A stretch of 64,000 nucleotides of DNA from Candidatus Poribacteria bacterium (GTDB taxonomy: Bacteria > Poribacteria > WGA-4E > PCPOR2b): NCBI GenBank assembly GCA_965116925.1, contig OZ220744.1:4128001-4192000 (forward strand). Reading direction: 5' to 3'. Under the pieces are notes generated by a model. That model worked only from the letters and a program-made list of their open reading frames with translations. It was not told the origin of the DNA and made no database searches. The position numbers and the translations under genes were made by a program. Below are positions 49,497-59,471 of the stretch, piece by piece; the stretch's first letter is position 1; each line of letters opens with the position of its first letter.

Positions 49497-50618
49497 AACT
49501 AGCCGCCAGCGGATGATCACATAGTCGGTGTTGCCGATGCAGTTGTTCCAAGAATTCACGTCGCCATAGCAGGAGCCGGTCAGCGTCAACATCTCTTCCC
49601 CATCCAGACTGATTGTCGCTGCGTAACCAGCCGCATGACCATGACTGAGGTAATACACCTCATCCTGCCACGTCTCACCGTTGTCATGGCTGACTACCGC
49701 CCTGCCGCTACTCATATTGCGGGGATAGCGATGATCGGTCACCACCACCGCACGATTGCCCGACAAACCAACACCGTATCCGTAGCACTGCCCCAGCACC
49801 GTAGCAAGTTGCCGCGGCGGCGTCCATGTATCGCCCGCGTCGTCCGAATGGGCGACGAATACATGCTTATACGGGAATGTGTGACCGGCAGCGAGCGCAC
49901 CGGTCCGTTCCAACAGATCCGGGGGATCGTCGGACAAACTCGGACGCTGATAACGAATCGCCGCCAACAGTCTGCCCGTAGGCAGTTGTGCGACATTGAC
50001 TTCACAGCACCACTCGCCGAGTACAGAATAGTCTGACCATGTGCGTCCACCGTCTTGCGAACGGTAGATGCGACATACAGCGGGGGTTATCTCAGCTGCC
50101 TCACGGTCCCCAATCCTATCCGCCCCCACTAACACCGGCACGAGCAGCGTACCATCGTCCAGACGGGTCATGCTGAAACCCAACGACAATACATCCGACG
50201 TACCGGGGTCAATCCTTCCAATCAGCCGCCATGTCTCACCTTCATCGTGCGACTCCCACACGGTCGGCGGTGTGCCGTTGACCGTAGGTTTGACGTTTAA
50301 CATGACACCCTCATCGTTGAACGCTATCCGCCAACCGATGCATACATCGGGATCACGCCGAAGATGCTCCCACGTTTTGCCACCGTCGGTGGACCTGTGC
50401 AGCAGCGTGTGTTGGGCAGCATAGATTGTGCCATTCGGTGCCTGCGCCAAGCACAACCGTTGCGTATGTCCTTCAGGATCGCGCGGCAGCCGAATCTTCT
50501 CCACAGAAACCTTCTCTAATTTTTTATCGCGGGCGTGGAGGATATAGTCATTCGCCTGCATCGCTTGCAGTTCATCAGGTTGGATGGATACTCCACCCAT
50601 GTTGTGTGTTGAGAGCAT
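49494..50618 (-). CDS. BNR/Asp-box (sialidase-like) protein, paralog of 45962
   Basis: Five S.D.G.TW motifs; shared RYQRP and EVYYL. Confidence 0.85.
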   Translation of the reverse strand: MLSTHNMGGVSIQPDELQAMQANDYILHARDKKLEKVSVEKIRLPRDPEGHTQRLCLAQAPNGTIYAAQHTLLHRSTDGGKTWEHLRRDPDVCIGWRIAFNDEGVMLNVKPTVNGTPPTVWESHDEGETWRLIGRIDPGTSDVLSLGFSMTRLDDGTLLVPVLVGADRIGDREAAEITPAVCRIYRSQDGGRTWSDYSVLGEWCCEVNVAQLPTGRLLAAIRYQRPSLSDDPPDLLERTGALAAGHTFPYKHVFVAHSDDAGDTWTPPRQLATVLGQCYGYGVGLSGNRAVVVTDHRYPRNMSSGRAVVSHDNGETWQDEVYYLSHGHAAGYAATISLDGEEMLTLTGSCYGDVNSWNNCIGNTDYVIIRWRLV

Positions 50619-50776
50619 AGCATCTCCTTTATTGCGTTCATGAGTTCATTATCCGTAGGTTGGGTTGAGCGGTGATCGCGAAACCCAACTCAATGAAAGT
50701 AGTAGGCACACGCCGTGCGCCGTAACCATCTGCGTTAAGGTAGTAGGCATACTCCGTATGCCGTAACCCAACGATG

Positions 50777-51100
50777 CTATTGGCTAAACTGCTGTGCAAC
50801 AAAGACCAGATCCAAGATGTTGACCACCCCATCACCATTAGGGTCTGGAGAGGATTTACCAAGGCTGTTGGAAACCTGAACCAAATCTAAAATATTGACG
50901 ACACCATCATTATTTACATCAGCGAAACTTCGGGTCGCGATATAGATTTCACCATCAAGGTCGGGAAGCAGGTGAGTCAGGGACGCAGCGGTGCTTCCCC
51001 TATCAGATACGGAGGTCGCAGATGACGGCAATGTGATTGTTTGGGCTTGACCACTCCGGTTATAGACCGTCCAGCCGTTGGTGAGCTCGCGGATATACAA
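50777..51100 (-). pseudogene. C-terminal fragment of a secreted protein with dockerin-like repeats
   Basis: Two D.N.DGVVNILDLV repeats; no signal peptide, and the N-terminal part is missing. Confidence 0.6.
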
Positions 51101-51187
51101 CCCCAGAACCGAAAAATATTCATAGCTTTCCTTTCATTAAAAACGAAAAGCGGAAAACACCTTCTCTCAATTTGACCCCCTACCAAC

Positions 51188-51961
51188 TCACCCCTTCTGG
51201 GCAGCCAACCACTCCTCATACTCCTTCCTACCTTCATCGTTGAACGGATAATACTTCCGCAGATCTCCGCCCTCCTGTAACTTCATTCGGACAAAGACCT
51301 CATGCTCCTCACGCTCACCGGCGATGTCGAGGATACGCGGTATCAGCCGAGGCGGTACAACAATCGCACCGCCGTCGTCCGCCATGATGATGTCACCGGG
51401 GTTGACCAAAACCTTCCCACAACCGATAGGGAGATTGAAATCAGCGGGAAAGAGGTTCATGTGCCCTGCCCCACCGGTGGTCACAGCGGTCGACCAAACC
51501 GGCACCTTCAGTTCTTGGAAGATCGGCACAGAATCCCGGATGCCGGCATCAATGACAACACCAGCCCCACCCTGCGCTTGGAAATAGGTCATCAACATCT
51601 CTCCGAAGCAGCCTGTGGCGAGGTCACCCCTGCCGTCAACCACGATCACATCGCCAGCCTGTACTTCAAACATCACCTCCCACAGGGCGGAGGTTTTCTC
51701 ACCGGCTTCCTCACCTTCAGGTTCCGATTCTTCGGCGGAGGCACCCGGTATCTGGTAGCCTCGCATCTGATCTTCGCGCTGCGGTGTGAAGCGGAGTGTC
51801 AGTGCGGGTCCGACAATTTTACTCCCGGGCACACGGGCGATGGGCCCCTCCATAAAGGTTCGGCGCACACCCAACGCTTCCATGGTGGAGGTCACGGCAT
51901 CGGTTCCCAACTCATATAACGCCTCAATAATTTCAGGTGTGGGTCGTTTGATAGTGGACAT
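51188..51961 (-). CDS. RraA/HMG-aldolase family protein
   Basis: G.ALT, GDVIVVD, G.VID..IRD and V.PGDII.AD..G motifs. Confidence 0.88.
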   Translation of the reverse strand: MSTIKRPTPEIIEALYELGTDAVTSTMEALGVRRTFMEGPIARVPGSKIVGPALTLRFTPQREDQMRGYQIPGASAEESEPEGEEAGEKTSALWEVMFEVQAGDVIVVDGRGDLATGCFGEMLMTYFQAQGGAGVVIDAGIRDSVPIFQELKVPVWSTAVTTGGAGHMNLFPADFNLPIGCGKVLVNPGDIIMADDGGAIVVPPRLIPRILDIAGEREEHEVFVRMKLQEGGDLRKYYPFNDEGRKEYEEWLAAQKG

Positions 51962-52188
51962 ATTTTATACTCCTATGACTTTGCTCACGGATTGATGGAT
52001 TTTCCTCGCTTACTTTGGAAATATGCAACAGTCATTTTACCCCTTTGTTGCAGTAGGGTCAACAGCAAAAATCCCCGCGAAAAAGTAATTGCTTGTTCAA
52101 CAAGCAGTGGCAAAAATTCTGCTTTTCGATCTCTTTTTTGCCCCACTCCTGTTACAATATTTGTTGGACTGATAGGAACTCAAGTTGT

Positions 52189-52505
52189 TAGGGCGTGTTG
52201 ACATTTTGATACTGCTCATTCGGCAAACGCTGTAAGCATTAGGCAATCTGCCATAAGTAGCGTCCCGACGCGTCGGGATTAGTTTGCAGGCTAGGATCAC
52301 AATCTAACAGATCGTGGTACAAAAGAGCACTTTTACGAAACAGCTTTTTGAACAGGAAACGTCCCGGTGAAAAACGGAGTTGGGTTTCACTCTATCTGTC
52401 TATAGGCAAGTGTTGTTGGACGACGGAGGCTCTATTGGACTCAATAGGGATTGACGATTAACCGTTCAACCCAACCTACGGACTAGTAAATGTCAACAGA
52501 ACCTA
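52189..52505. mobile_element. TIR-bounded miniature element containing part of the 105-bp unit
   Basis: TAGGGCGTGTTGACATT...AATGTCAACAGAACCTA; the same left end occurs at 48973 before the tandem array. Confidence 0.6.
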
Positions 52506-52621
52506 GTACACTGTCAGGCAAATTATGATTGTCTATATAGATTGAGACTCATAATACTTCGTAGGGGTCGGGTCACCCGACCCCCTTGTTGATATGCAAA
52601 ACTTATATGACTGAGTACTAG
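52503..52621. mobile_element. Small TIR-bounded element with a central GTAG hairpin
   Basis: CTAGTAC..GTCA...TGAC..GTACTAG; GTAGGGGTCGGGTCACCCGACCCCT. Confidence 0.5.
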
Positions 52622-52773
52622 TTGAAAAACACCGTTAAGAAATCCTCGGAATTTCATAGTTTTCATAGTTTTCTGAAAAGTTTGATAAAGTTGAAAAAGT
52701 GGGAAACCCGCGCTATGAGTGGCTTCTGGGCAAATTATACAGGAAGGCTACTCAGACCTACTATGAAATTCAC

Positions 52774-52821
52774 CAACTTCTTAGCAGTGGAAACCCCGTC
52801 CTTTAGGGCGGGGTAACTGAC
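52774..52821 (+). mobile_element. 48-bp collapsed IS200/IS605-type end pair
   Basis: TTCAC|CAACTTCTTAGCAGTGGAAACCCCG...GGCGGGGTAACTGAC matches both outer ends of 33432-33823. Confidence 0.7.
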
Positions 52822-52898
52822 GTTGTTTTCTATCTCTGATACTTGGCTGACTAAAGTAGCCCCTTGTGTGATGGTACATAACCGACGGTTGTATAGGG

Positions 52899-53061
52899 TA
52901 GGAGTTACGCAGTTGAATGCTCAACGTTTTGTAGTTCGGCGATTTATCGCCTCTGCACACTCGTCCCAACGCCCGATGAATCGGGTAACTACAACAGAGA
53001 TTCCATAAGGGGTTCGTAGGGAACGCAGATCTGCGTTCCCTACTGAAGTGCGTAAGTCCTA
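52899..53061 (-). mobile_element. 163-bp miniature element family A, copy 4
   Basis: Reverse complement of copy 2; TAGGG direct repeat on both sides. Confidence 0.88.
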
Positions 53062-53364
53062 TAGGGTCCATCAATCTAATGAACGGTTGAACCAATAGTA
53101 GATTGAGTTATAATCCCAATCCGCAATCAACAATAAGAATCCCAACGATAAGATGAAAGTGTAATTGTTTGTAACTGTTTGTAATACGATTGGCAATCTA
53201 TGACAAAACGTTTCACCCTGAAATAGGGACAATTTTCCCATTTGCGCGGGAAAAATGGGAAAATTTCATCTTCAAACCATACAGGTTGAATCAATTGTAG
53301 GTCGAGATTCATATCTCGACATCCAAACTGACGGCATCAGCCAAAATCAACAAGGAGGATATTT

Positions 53365-54834
53365 ATGGTATCTCTCACTTCCGCAATGCTTACACTATCA
53401 AGAGACGCAATGACACAAGCGGTTTCACCCATCGACATCGGCAATCGGCTGGAACTGTTCGTTGACAATTATCTGATTGATGAAATAGCTGGTGCAACGC
53501 AACGGTTACACCACCCGCAACCGCAAGAGGTCGCCTGTGTTCATGATAATCCGTGGGAGGGTAGCACCTGCGGCTATAAAACTGTGTTTCAGGATGGTGA
53601 TCTCTACCGGATGTATTACCGGGGGAGCCATGTCATTTATACAACAGAAGGCTTTGACAATGACCACCACCCGCAGGTGGTCTGCTACGCCGAGAGCCGC
53701 GATGGAATACACTGGACCAAACCGGAACTCGGCTTGGTTGAGTTTGATGGCGGAAAGCAGAACAACATTATCTGGGAGGGGGTTGGATCACACAACTTCG
53801 CACCTTTCAAGGACGAGAATCCGGATTGCAAGCCGGACGAGAGGTACAAGGCACTCGGCTCAGGTGACCGCAGTTTGTATGCGTTCAAGTCCGCCGATGG
53901 CATCCACTGGTCACTCATGAGCGATGAACCTGTAATCACCAAAGGTGCGTTTGACTCACAGAACCTCGCCTTTTGGGATGCGGTGCGTGGCGAATACCGT
54001 GAATACCATCGAGACTTTCGTGAGGGACGCGACATCCGCACAGGGACATCGAAAGATTTCCTCAACTGGTCTGATCCTGAATGGTTAGACTATTCACCCG
54101 ACCGAGTCAGCGAACTGTACACAAATCAGATTATCCCATACTACCGCGCCCCGCATATCTTCCTCGGCTTTCCAACCCGATATACCGATCGGGGGTGGAC
54201 GGAATCGACGAAAGCCTTGCCAGAGCTTGAGTATCGCCGCCTTCGAGGCTATGTGTCCGAGCGCGAGGGGACAGCTGTGACGGATGGGATGTTCATGAGC
54301 AGCCGTGATGGGAATCATTTCAACGTTTGGCCCGAATCGTTTATCCGTCCCGGCTTGCGGTTGAGAGGTAACTGGTTCTACGGTGACAACTATCAGAATT
54401 GGGGATTGGTCGAGACAGAATCGCACATTGACGGCGCGCCCGACGAGATTTCCATCTATGCGAGTGAAGATTCGCATCAGGGTGACGATTGTCGCTGGCG
54501 GCGTTATACAATCCGAATTGATGGGTTTGTCTCAATGCAGGGTCCGTTGAGCGGCGGGGAATTTGTAACAAAGCCGCTGACCTTCAAAGGAGATCAGCTC
54601 GCCATTAACTTCTCAACCTCTGGGGTAGGCAGTATTCAGGTCGAAATTCAAGATATGTCCGGCAACGCCCTCCCCGGCTTTGGATTGGACGATTGTCCGG
54701 AGGTATTCGGTGATGACCTCGAACGGACAGTAACGTGGAGGAATGGTACGGATGTGAGTCGGCTTTCAGGGCAGCCCGTCCGTCTGCGATTCCTGTTAAA
54801 GGATGCAGACCTCTATTCAATTCGATTCAGTTAG
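53365..54834 (+). CDS. Putative five-bladed beta-propeller glycoside hydrolase-like protein
   Basis: YAES.DGIHW.KP, S.DGIHW, FDSQN and R.DGFVS motifs; AAGGAGG SD. Confidence 0.7.
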   Translation: MVSLTSAMLTLSRDAMTQAVSPIDIGNRLELFVDNYLIDEIAGATQRLHHPQPQEVACVHDNPWEGSTCGYKTVFQDGDLYRMYYRGSHVIYTTEGFDNDHHPQVVCYAESRDGIHWTKPELGLVEFDGGKQNNIIWEGVGSHNFAPFKDENPDCKPDERYKALGSGDRSLYAFKSADGIHWSLMSDEPVITKGAFDSQNLAFWDAVRGEYREYHRDFREGRDIRTGTSKDFLNWSDPEWLDYSPDRVSELYTNQIIPYYRAPHIFLGFPTRYTDRGWTESTKALPELEYRRLRGYVSEREGTAVTDGMFMSSRDGNHFNVWPESFIRPGLRLRGNWFYGDNYQNWGLVETESHIDGAPDEISIYASEDSHQGDDCRWRRYTIRIDGFVSMQGPLSGGEFVTKPLTFKGDQLAINFSTSGVGSIQVEIQDMSGNALPGFGLDDCPEVFGDDLERTVTWRNGTDVSRLSGQPVRLRFLLKDADLYSIRFS

Positions 54835-54854
54835 AGTTATAGATGCCAAAATAG

Positions 54855-54887
54855 AGAAACCGAGTTTTTGACAAAAACTCGGTTTCT
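54855..54887. terminator. Perfect 16-bp hairpin (terminator or REP)
   Basis: AGAAACCGAGTTTTTG-A-CAAAAACTCGGTTTCT between convergent genes. Confidence 0.55.
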
Positions 54888-55037
54888 ATGCTTATGCTTA
54901 CCGATGATCGCTGTTGTAGGCTGGGTTGAACACAAGCCGTGAAACCCAGCACTATACTAATCATCGGCGTAACCACCCTTGCTCCAGAGGATCGATATGT
55001 CTATAGAATCGAGGTGCAGCCAATGACTGCACTCCAG

Positions 55038-55154
55038 ATGAAAATTAAAAAAATAATGCGGTAATTTGCTAGCGACACCGGCGCGGGGGAAAACCGCGCC
55101 TACCGTATGTTTCGAGGAAAATCGGGATTACCGATTTAAATACTTAAACTTCAT
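55038..55154 (+). mobile_element. 117-bp module C inserted in a different hairpin
   Basis: ATGAAAATT...AAACTTCAT flanked by GCACTCC/GGAGTGC. Confidence 0.8.
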
Positions 55155-55238
55155 GAGGAGTGCAATGTGTATAGCAATCCCGAAACTGCGCGTCCAAGCC
55201 CCGGAGGGGCGACAGGTGGCAACTTGCGTTACAATAGC

Positions 55239-56261
55239 TTAAGGAGTAGGTGCGTCTTCGCGCAGCAGCCCCTCTGCCTTCAGTTCACTCCACAGATCCG
55301 CGGGGATAGGGTGTTCAAATATTTCAACATTTGATTGAACGTGCTCTGGCATGAGTCCCCCCGGAATCGCTGCGGCGACGATTGGATGCGCTAACGGGAA
55401 CTGTAATGCCGCTGCCCGTAGCGGTACATTGTGTCGGTCACAGACCGCTTGGATGCGCCGCGTTTTTTCTAATACTTCAGGGGGTGCTGGGGCATAGGCG
55501 TAATACGCATTCTCCGTAGCACCTGTCGCCAGAATGCCGGAGGCAAACACCGCACCAATCACCACACCGACACCGCGTTCCTCGCACTGTGGAAACTCAG
55601 CGTCCAAGACATCCTGATCCAGCAGTGTATACGGCATCGCAACGATAAAGAAATCGAGGTCCACCATCTCCAAAAAGCGTGGGATTGTGCCCATCTGATT
55701 CACGCCAGCCCCTATCCCTTTTATCTGCCCACTGGAACGAAGTTCCTCAAGTGCGCGCCAACCGCTGGTGCCGAGCTGCACCATGTGAGCGTTGATCCGC
55801 GTGTCGTTCACGTGAAACATGTGATCGAGATCGTGGATGAGCAGGAGATCGATAGAGTTCAAGCTGAGCCGCTGGAGACTGTCTTCAAAAGAGCGCATCA
55901 CCCCGTCGTAGCTATAGTCAAAATAAAGATCGAAGGGCAATCCTCCCGCCCACATCCCTTTGTCAAAATTATCGGGGTCCCGCGTCGCCCGCAGCACACG
56001 CCCAATTTTTGTAGAAAGCACAAAATCCTGACGTGGCTGTTGACGGAGAAAATGTCCGAAACGATGCTCACTTTTCCCATAGCCGTAAAACGGTGCCGTG
56101 TCAAAGTAGCGCAAGCCGGCATCCCATGCCGCTTGCAGCGTCGCTTGCGCTTGCGTTTCGCTGAGAATCTCAAAGAGATCTCCGAGTGGTGCCCCGCCAA
56201 AACCCAAGTTAGTTAAGGCAACCCCTGTATTTCCCAAGTTGCTTGTTGCTATATTACCCAT
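55239..56261 (-). CDS. Aldo/keto reductase (D-threo-aldose/L-fucose dehydrogenase-like)
   Basis: FDTAPFYG.G.SE, STK.GR, SL.RL and IHD motifs. Confidence 0.9.
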   Translation of the reverse strand: MGNIATSNLGNTGVALTNLGFGGAPLGDLFEILSETQAQATLQAAWDAGLRYFDTAPFYGYGKSEHRFGHFLRQQPRQDFVLSTKIGRVLRATRDPDNFDKGMWAGGLPFDLYFDYSYDGVMRSFEDSLQRLSLNSIDLLLIHDLDHMFHVNDTRINAHMVQLGTSGWRALEELRSSGQIKGIGAGVNQMGTIPRFLEMVDLDFFIVAMPYTLLDQDVLDAEFPQCEERGVGVVIGAVFASGILATGATENAYYAYAPAPPEVLEKTRRIQAVCDRHNVPLRAAALQFPLAHPIVAAAIPGGLMPEHVQSNVEIFEHPIPADLWSELKAEGLLREDAPTP

Positions 56262-56401
56262 TAACGTGCCTCCAAGCTGAATTGGTATTTGTTGTCAATG
56301 AAATGATGGTAAATTCATGTATTAGATACCAATAATTTTCTCACAACCCTCACCAGATTTCAAGCATTTTTTGATTTAAGCGACTCCTTGCAGGAATGAG
56401 A

Positions 56402-57124
56402 TCAAAGATCCGCATCAAAACGATAAACCGGTTCCCAACCCAGCATCCTCTCTGTCCGTGCCGTATCTCCTTTTTTATAACCGCCCGGTGTGGCAAAGAT
56501 ATAAAAACAATCGTAGCCAATATCCGGTGCCTCTAGAGCGCGTTTTAACGCGGACGCAACATCTCGTCTATCAATCGAGCCATAATAGAAGCCGTTGACA
56601 GGATGACCATCAGTCGTCACCATTTCATCTGAATCAATGATGCCCCACGGTCGGATACACGCGATAGAAAGACCGTGTTGTTCATGATAATTCCGGGCGA
56701 GTTCTTCTTGCACTAGCTTAGAAAGATCATAGGAGCTAGCGGCTTTGAGCGGATATAGATCATGCGTGAGGAAAGTATCCTCCGGATAGCCACCATGGAC
56801 CGCCCCGCTAGAGGTATGGACAAATCGCTGGCTTTCGCATACACGGGCAGCTTCAAGAAGATTAAACATACCCCGCACATTAATATCAAAGCCGGGACCG
56901 TCCATGCCATAGCTCCCATTGGGTGCCATAATCGTATTCACAACCGCATCGTGGTCCGCCATTACAGCTTCGAGCGTTGTATAATCAAGCACATCCCCTT
57001 GAACGGTGTTATCGTAGCCCTCCACCGGGCGAATATCGAAGGCCGTTACTTCATAGTCTTGGCTCAAGATATCGACTGCAGCACGTCCCACAAAGCCGGC
57101 TGCGCCTGTCAACAGTATTTTCAT
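56402..57124 (-). CDS. NAD-dependent epimerase/dehydratase
   Basis: TGAAGFVG and YDLSK motifs. Confidence 0.88.
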   Translation of the reverse strand: MKILLTGAAGFVGRAAVDILSQDYEVTAFDIRPVEGYDNTVQGDVLDYTTLEAVMADHDAVVNTIMAPNGSYGMDGPGFDINVRGMFNLLEAARVCESQRFVHTSSGAVHGGYPEDTFLTHDLYPLKAASSYDLSKLVQEELARNYHEQHGLSIACIRPWGIIDSDEMVTTDGHPVNGFYYGSIDRRDVASALKRALEAPDIGYDCFYIFATPGGYKKGDTARTERMLGWEPVYRFDADL

Positions 57125-57446
57125 AGTTGTAATACCCTCGGTTTATACGTTCAATTGTTGATGAGAAAATATAGTGTCTGTTCAGGTGCTACATGTTTCA
57201 AGTTTGCCTAACAAATTATTGTTCATAACCCCTCGACTTGTCAAGGAGTTCACCAGCGAGATTGTTGAGAGACATAATTTTTCCGTTGACGCTACACCGA
57301 AGCATCTGTATGATAAATGCTTTGAGGTGAAGACCTCGCGAATCTATGGCGTAGGGGAAAGCAATCAAAAAAGAAAGTTCAAAGCACGGAGAGAAATCGT
57401 TTCTTAACGTGAATAAAAAAATCAAATCAGAGGAAGTATAGCAATA

Positions 57447-58253
57447 ATGGAAAACAGCGGAACGCGGTTAGCAGGCAAAGTCGCCATTGTCACCGGAGCG
57501 GGAAGTCGCACCTCGATAGATGGCGTTGGACGAGCGACATCAATTCTCTTTACTCGGCAGGGTGCCAAGGTCTTGCTGGTAGACCGAAATCTCTCAAATG
57601 CGGAGAAAACCCTTGCTGTTATTGAGGAGGAAGGCGGGGAGGCGTCAATTTTCGTCGGCGATGTTTCCCAAAACGATGACTGTCAAGCGATGGTTGAAGC
57701 AGCCGTTGAGAGATACGGTGAGCTGCATATCCTATTTAATAGTGCCGCCATCGGTGGTGCAGGGACGGTTGTTGATGTAGATCCTGATGTCTGGGATGAC
57801 GTGATGGCGGTTAATCTCAAAGGTATGATGCTGGCATCTAAGCACGCTATCCCCAAGATGATTGAGGCAGGTGGTGGCTCAATTATCAATATCGCTTCAA
57901 TTGATGGACTGCGCGCAAATATCTGGCGCAACATCCCCTATGCGGTATCGAAAGGTGGTGCGGTCTCCTTAACGCGCAATATGGCGGTACATCATGGGCG
58001 GGATAACATTCGAGTCAACTGCATCGCACCGGGTCACATTTACGCCCCAATGACGACCACCATTTCCGATGAATTACGCGATCTCCGCCGTCGGTCGGGC
58101 CCGTTGGGAACAGAAGGCACCGCTTGGGACATCGCATGGGCAGGGCTATTCCTCGCTAGCGATGAGTCCCGCTGGATTTCCGGCGTGCTGCTTCCCATTG
58201 ATGCGGGTCTGCTCGCAACAACGCCACTGGCGATGTTATCCCATTTGCAGTGA
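57447..58253 (+). CDS. Classical SDR oxidoreductase
   Basis: GKVAIVTG, YAVSKG and NIRVNCIAPG motifs. Confidence 0.92.
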   Translation: MENSGTRLAGKVAIVTGAGSRTSIDGVGRATSILFTRQGAKVLLVDRNLSNAEKTLAVIEEEGGEASIFVGDVSQNDDCQAMVEAAVERYGELHILFNSAAIGGAGTVVDVDPDVWDDVMAVNLKGMMLASKHAIPKMIEAGGGSIINIASIDGLRANIWRNIPYAVSKGGAVSLTRNMAVHHGRDNIRVNCIAPGHIYAPMTTTISDELRDLRRRSGPLGTEGTAWDIAWAGLFLASDESRWISGVLLPIDAGLLATTPLAMLSHLQ

Positions 58254-58287
58254 CGATCGCCTCCTGCGAGGGAAAGATTTTAGCAAT

Positions 58288-59088
58288 ATGCAAGGAATCA
58301 ATCAGTTGTTTGGTCATTCCAAACCGATCATCGGCGTAATCCATCTACTCTCACTGATCGGCAGCCCCCAATCAACCCAACCCTTCCATGAAATTCGCAC
58401 CCGTGCGCTTTCAGATGCGGGGGTTTTGATTGATAATGGAATTGATGGGGTTATCATCGAAAACTATGGCGATGTGCCCTTCCAGCCGGATAACGTCGAA
58501 CCCCATACCGTTGCAGCACTAGCGATCGTCACGGACGAAATTCGAGGACACCATCCCCAGACACCAATCGGACTCAACGTCCTGCGCAACGACGCAAAAT
58601 CGGCAATAGCAATCGCAACGGTCGCGGGCGCGAATTTTATCCGTGTGAACATTCACACCGGCGCAATGCTCACCGACCAAGGTATTATTCAAGGAAAGGC
58701 GCACGAGACTTTGCGCTACCGATCTACCCTCAAAAGCGAGGTTAAAATTTTCGCCGACATTGCTGTGAAGCATGCGACGCCACTGGCACCGATCGATATC
58801 CTCGCTAGTGCGGAGGATACCTATCATCGCGGACTTGCGGACGCCCTGATTGTTACAGGCATAGCAACGGGCAAAAGCACCGATCTCGATCAGGTAAAAT
58901 CCGTGAAATCGGCAGTTCCTCAAGCCAGTGTGTTCGTTGGCAGCGGTGTGACAATCGATAACCTTCCTGAAGTCTTGCAGTATGCGGATGGCGTTATTGT
59001 CGGCACCTCAATCAAGCGCGACGGTGTTACGACAAACACGGTTGATGCAGATCGTGTGCGTACACTGATCAAGGCACGTGAGGGATGA
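58288..59088 (+). CDS. BtpA/SgcQ family protein
   Basis: IGVIHL, ENYGDVPF, G.NVLRND, VKH and VGSGV motifs. Confidence 0.92.
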   Translation: MQGINQLFGHSKPIIGVIHLLSLIGSPQSTQPFHEIRTRALSDAGVLIDNGIDGVIIENYGDVPFQPDNVEPHTVAALAIVTDEIRGHHPQTPIGLNVLRNDAKSAIAIATVAGANFIRVNIHTGAMLTDQGIIQGKAHETLRYRSTLKSEVKIFADIAVKHATPLAPIDILASAEDTYHRGLADALIVTGIATGKSTDLDQVKSVKSAVPQASVFVGSGVTIDNLPEVLQYADGVIVGTSIKRDGVTTNTVDADRVRTLIKAREG

Positions 59089-59110
59089 ATACTCCACAGC
59101 CAGATGGAAC

Positions 59111-59247
59111 TATGGTAGATTTTAGAATTACTTAGACACTCCCAATACACGCCAACCCCCTAAATCCCCCTTATCAGGGGGACTTTGGAAACCTCGTAAT
59201 GGTCAGAGTTATTGGTATATGTCTACTGATTTCTCTAATTCACCATA
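59111..59247 (+). mobile_element. Family B sibling with different internal cargo
   Basis: Ends TATGGTAGATTTTAGAATT...AATTCACCATA; internal CCCCCT..AGGGGG hairpin. Confidence 0.6.
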
Positions 59248-59249
59248 TT

Positions 59250-59470
59250 TATAGTAGATTTTAGAATTAATGGGACACGCCAAACCGGTGCGGTTACATG
59301 AAGTTTAAGTATTTAAATCGGTAATCCCGATTTTCCTCGAAACATACGGTAGGCGCGGGGGAAAACCGCGCCGGCGTCGCTAGCAAATTACCGAACTGTT
59401 TTTTTTATTTTCATGTAACCGCACCTACCGGGGGGACGCAAGTGTTTCTTTATTTTTTGAATTCACTATA
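59250..59470 (+). mobile_element. 221-bp family B element with module C (59298-59414) inverted
   Basis: Same shell as 45286; inner module reverse-complemented. Confidence 0.8.
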
Positions 59471-59471
59471 A

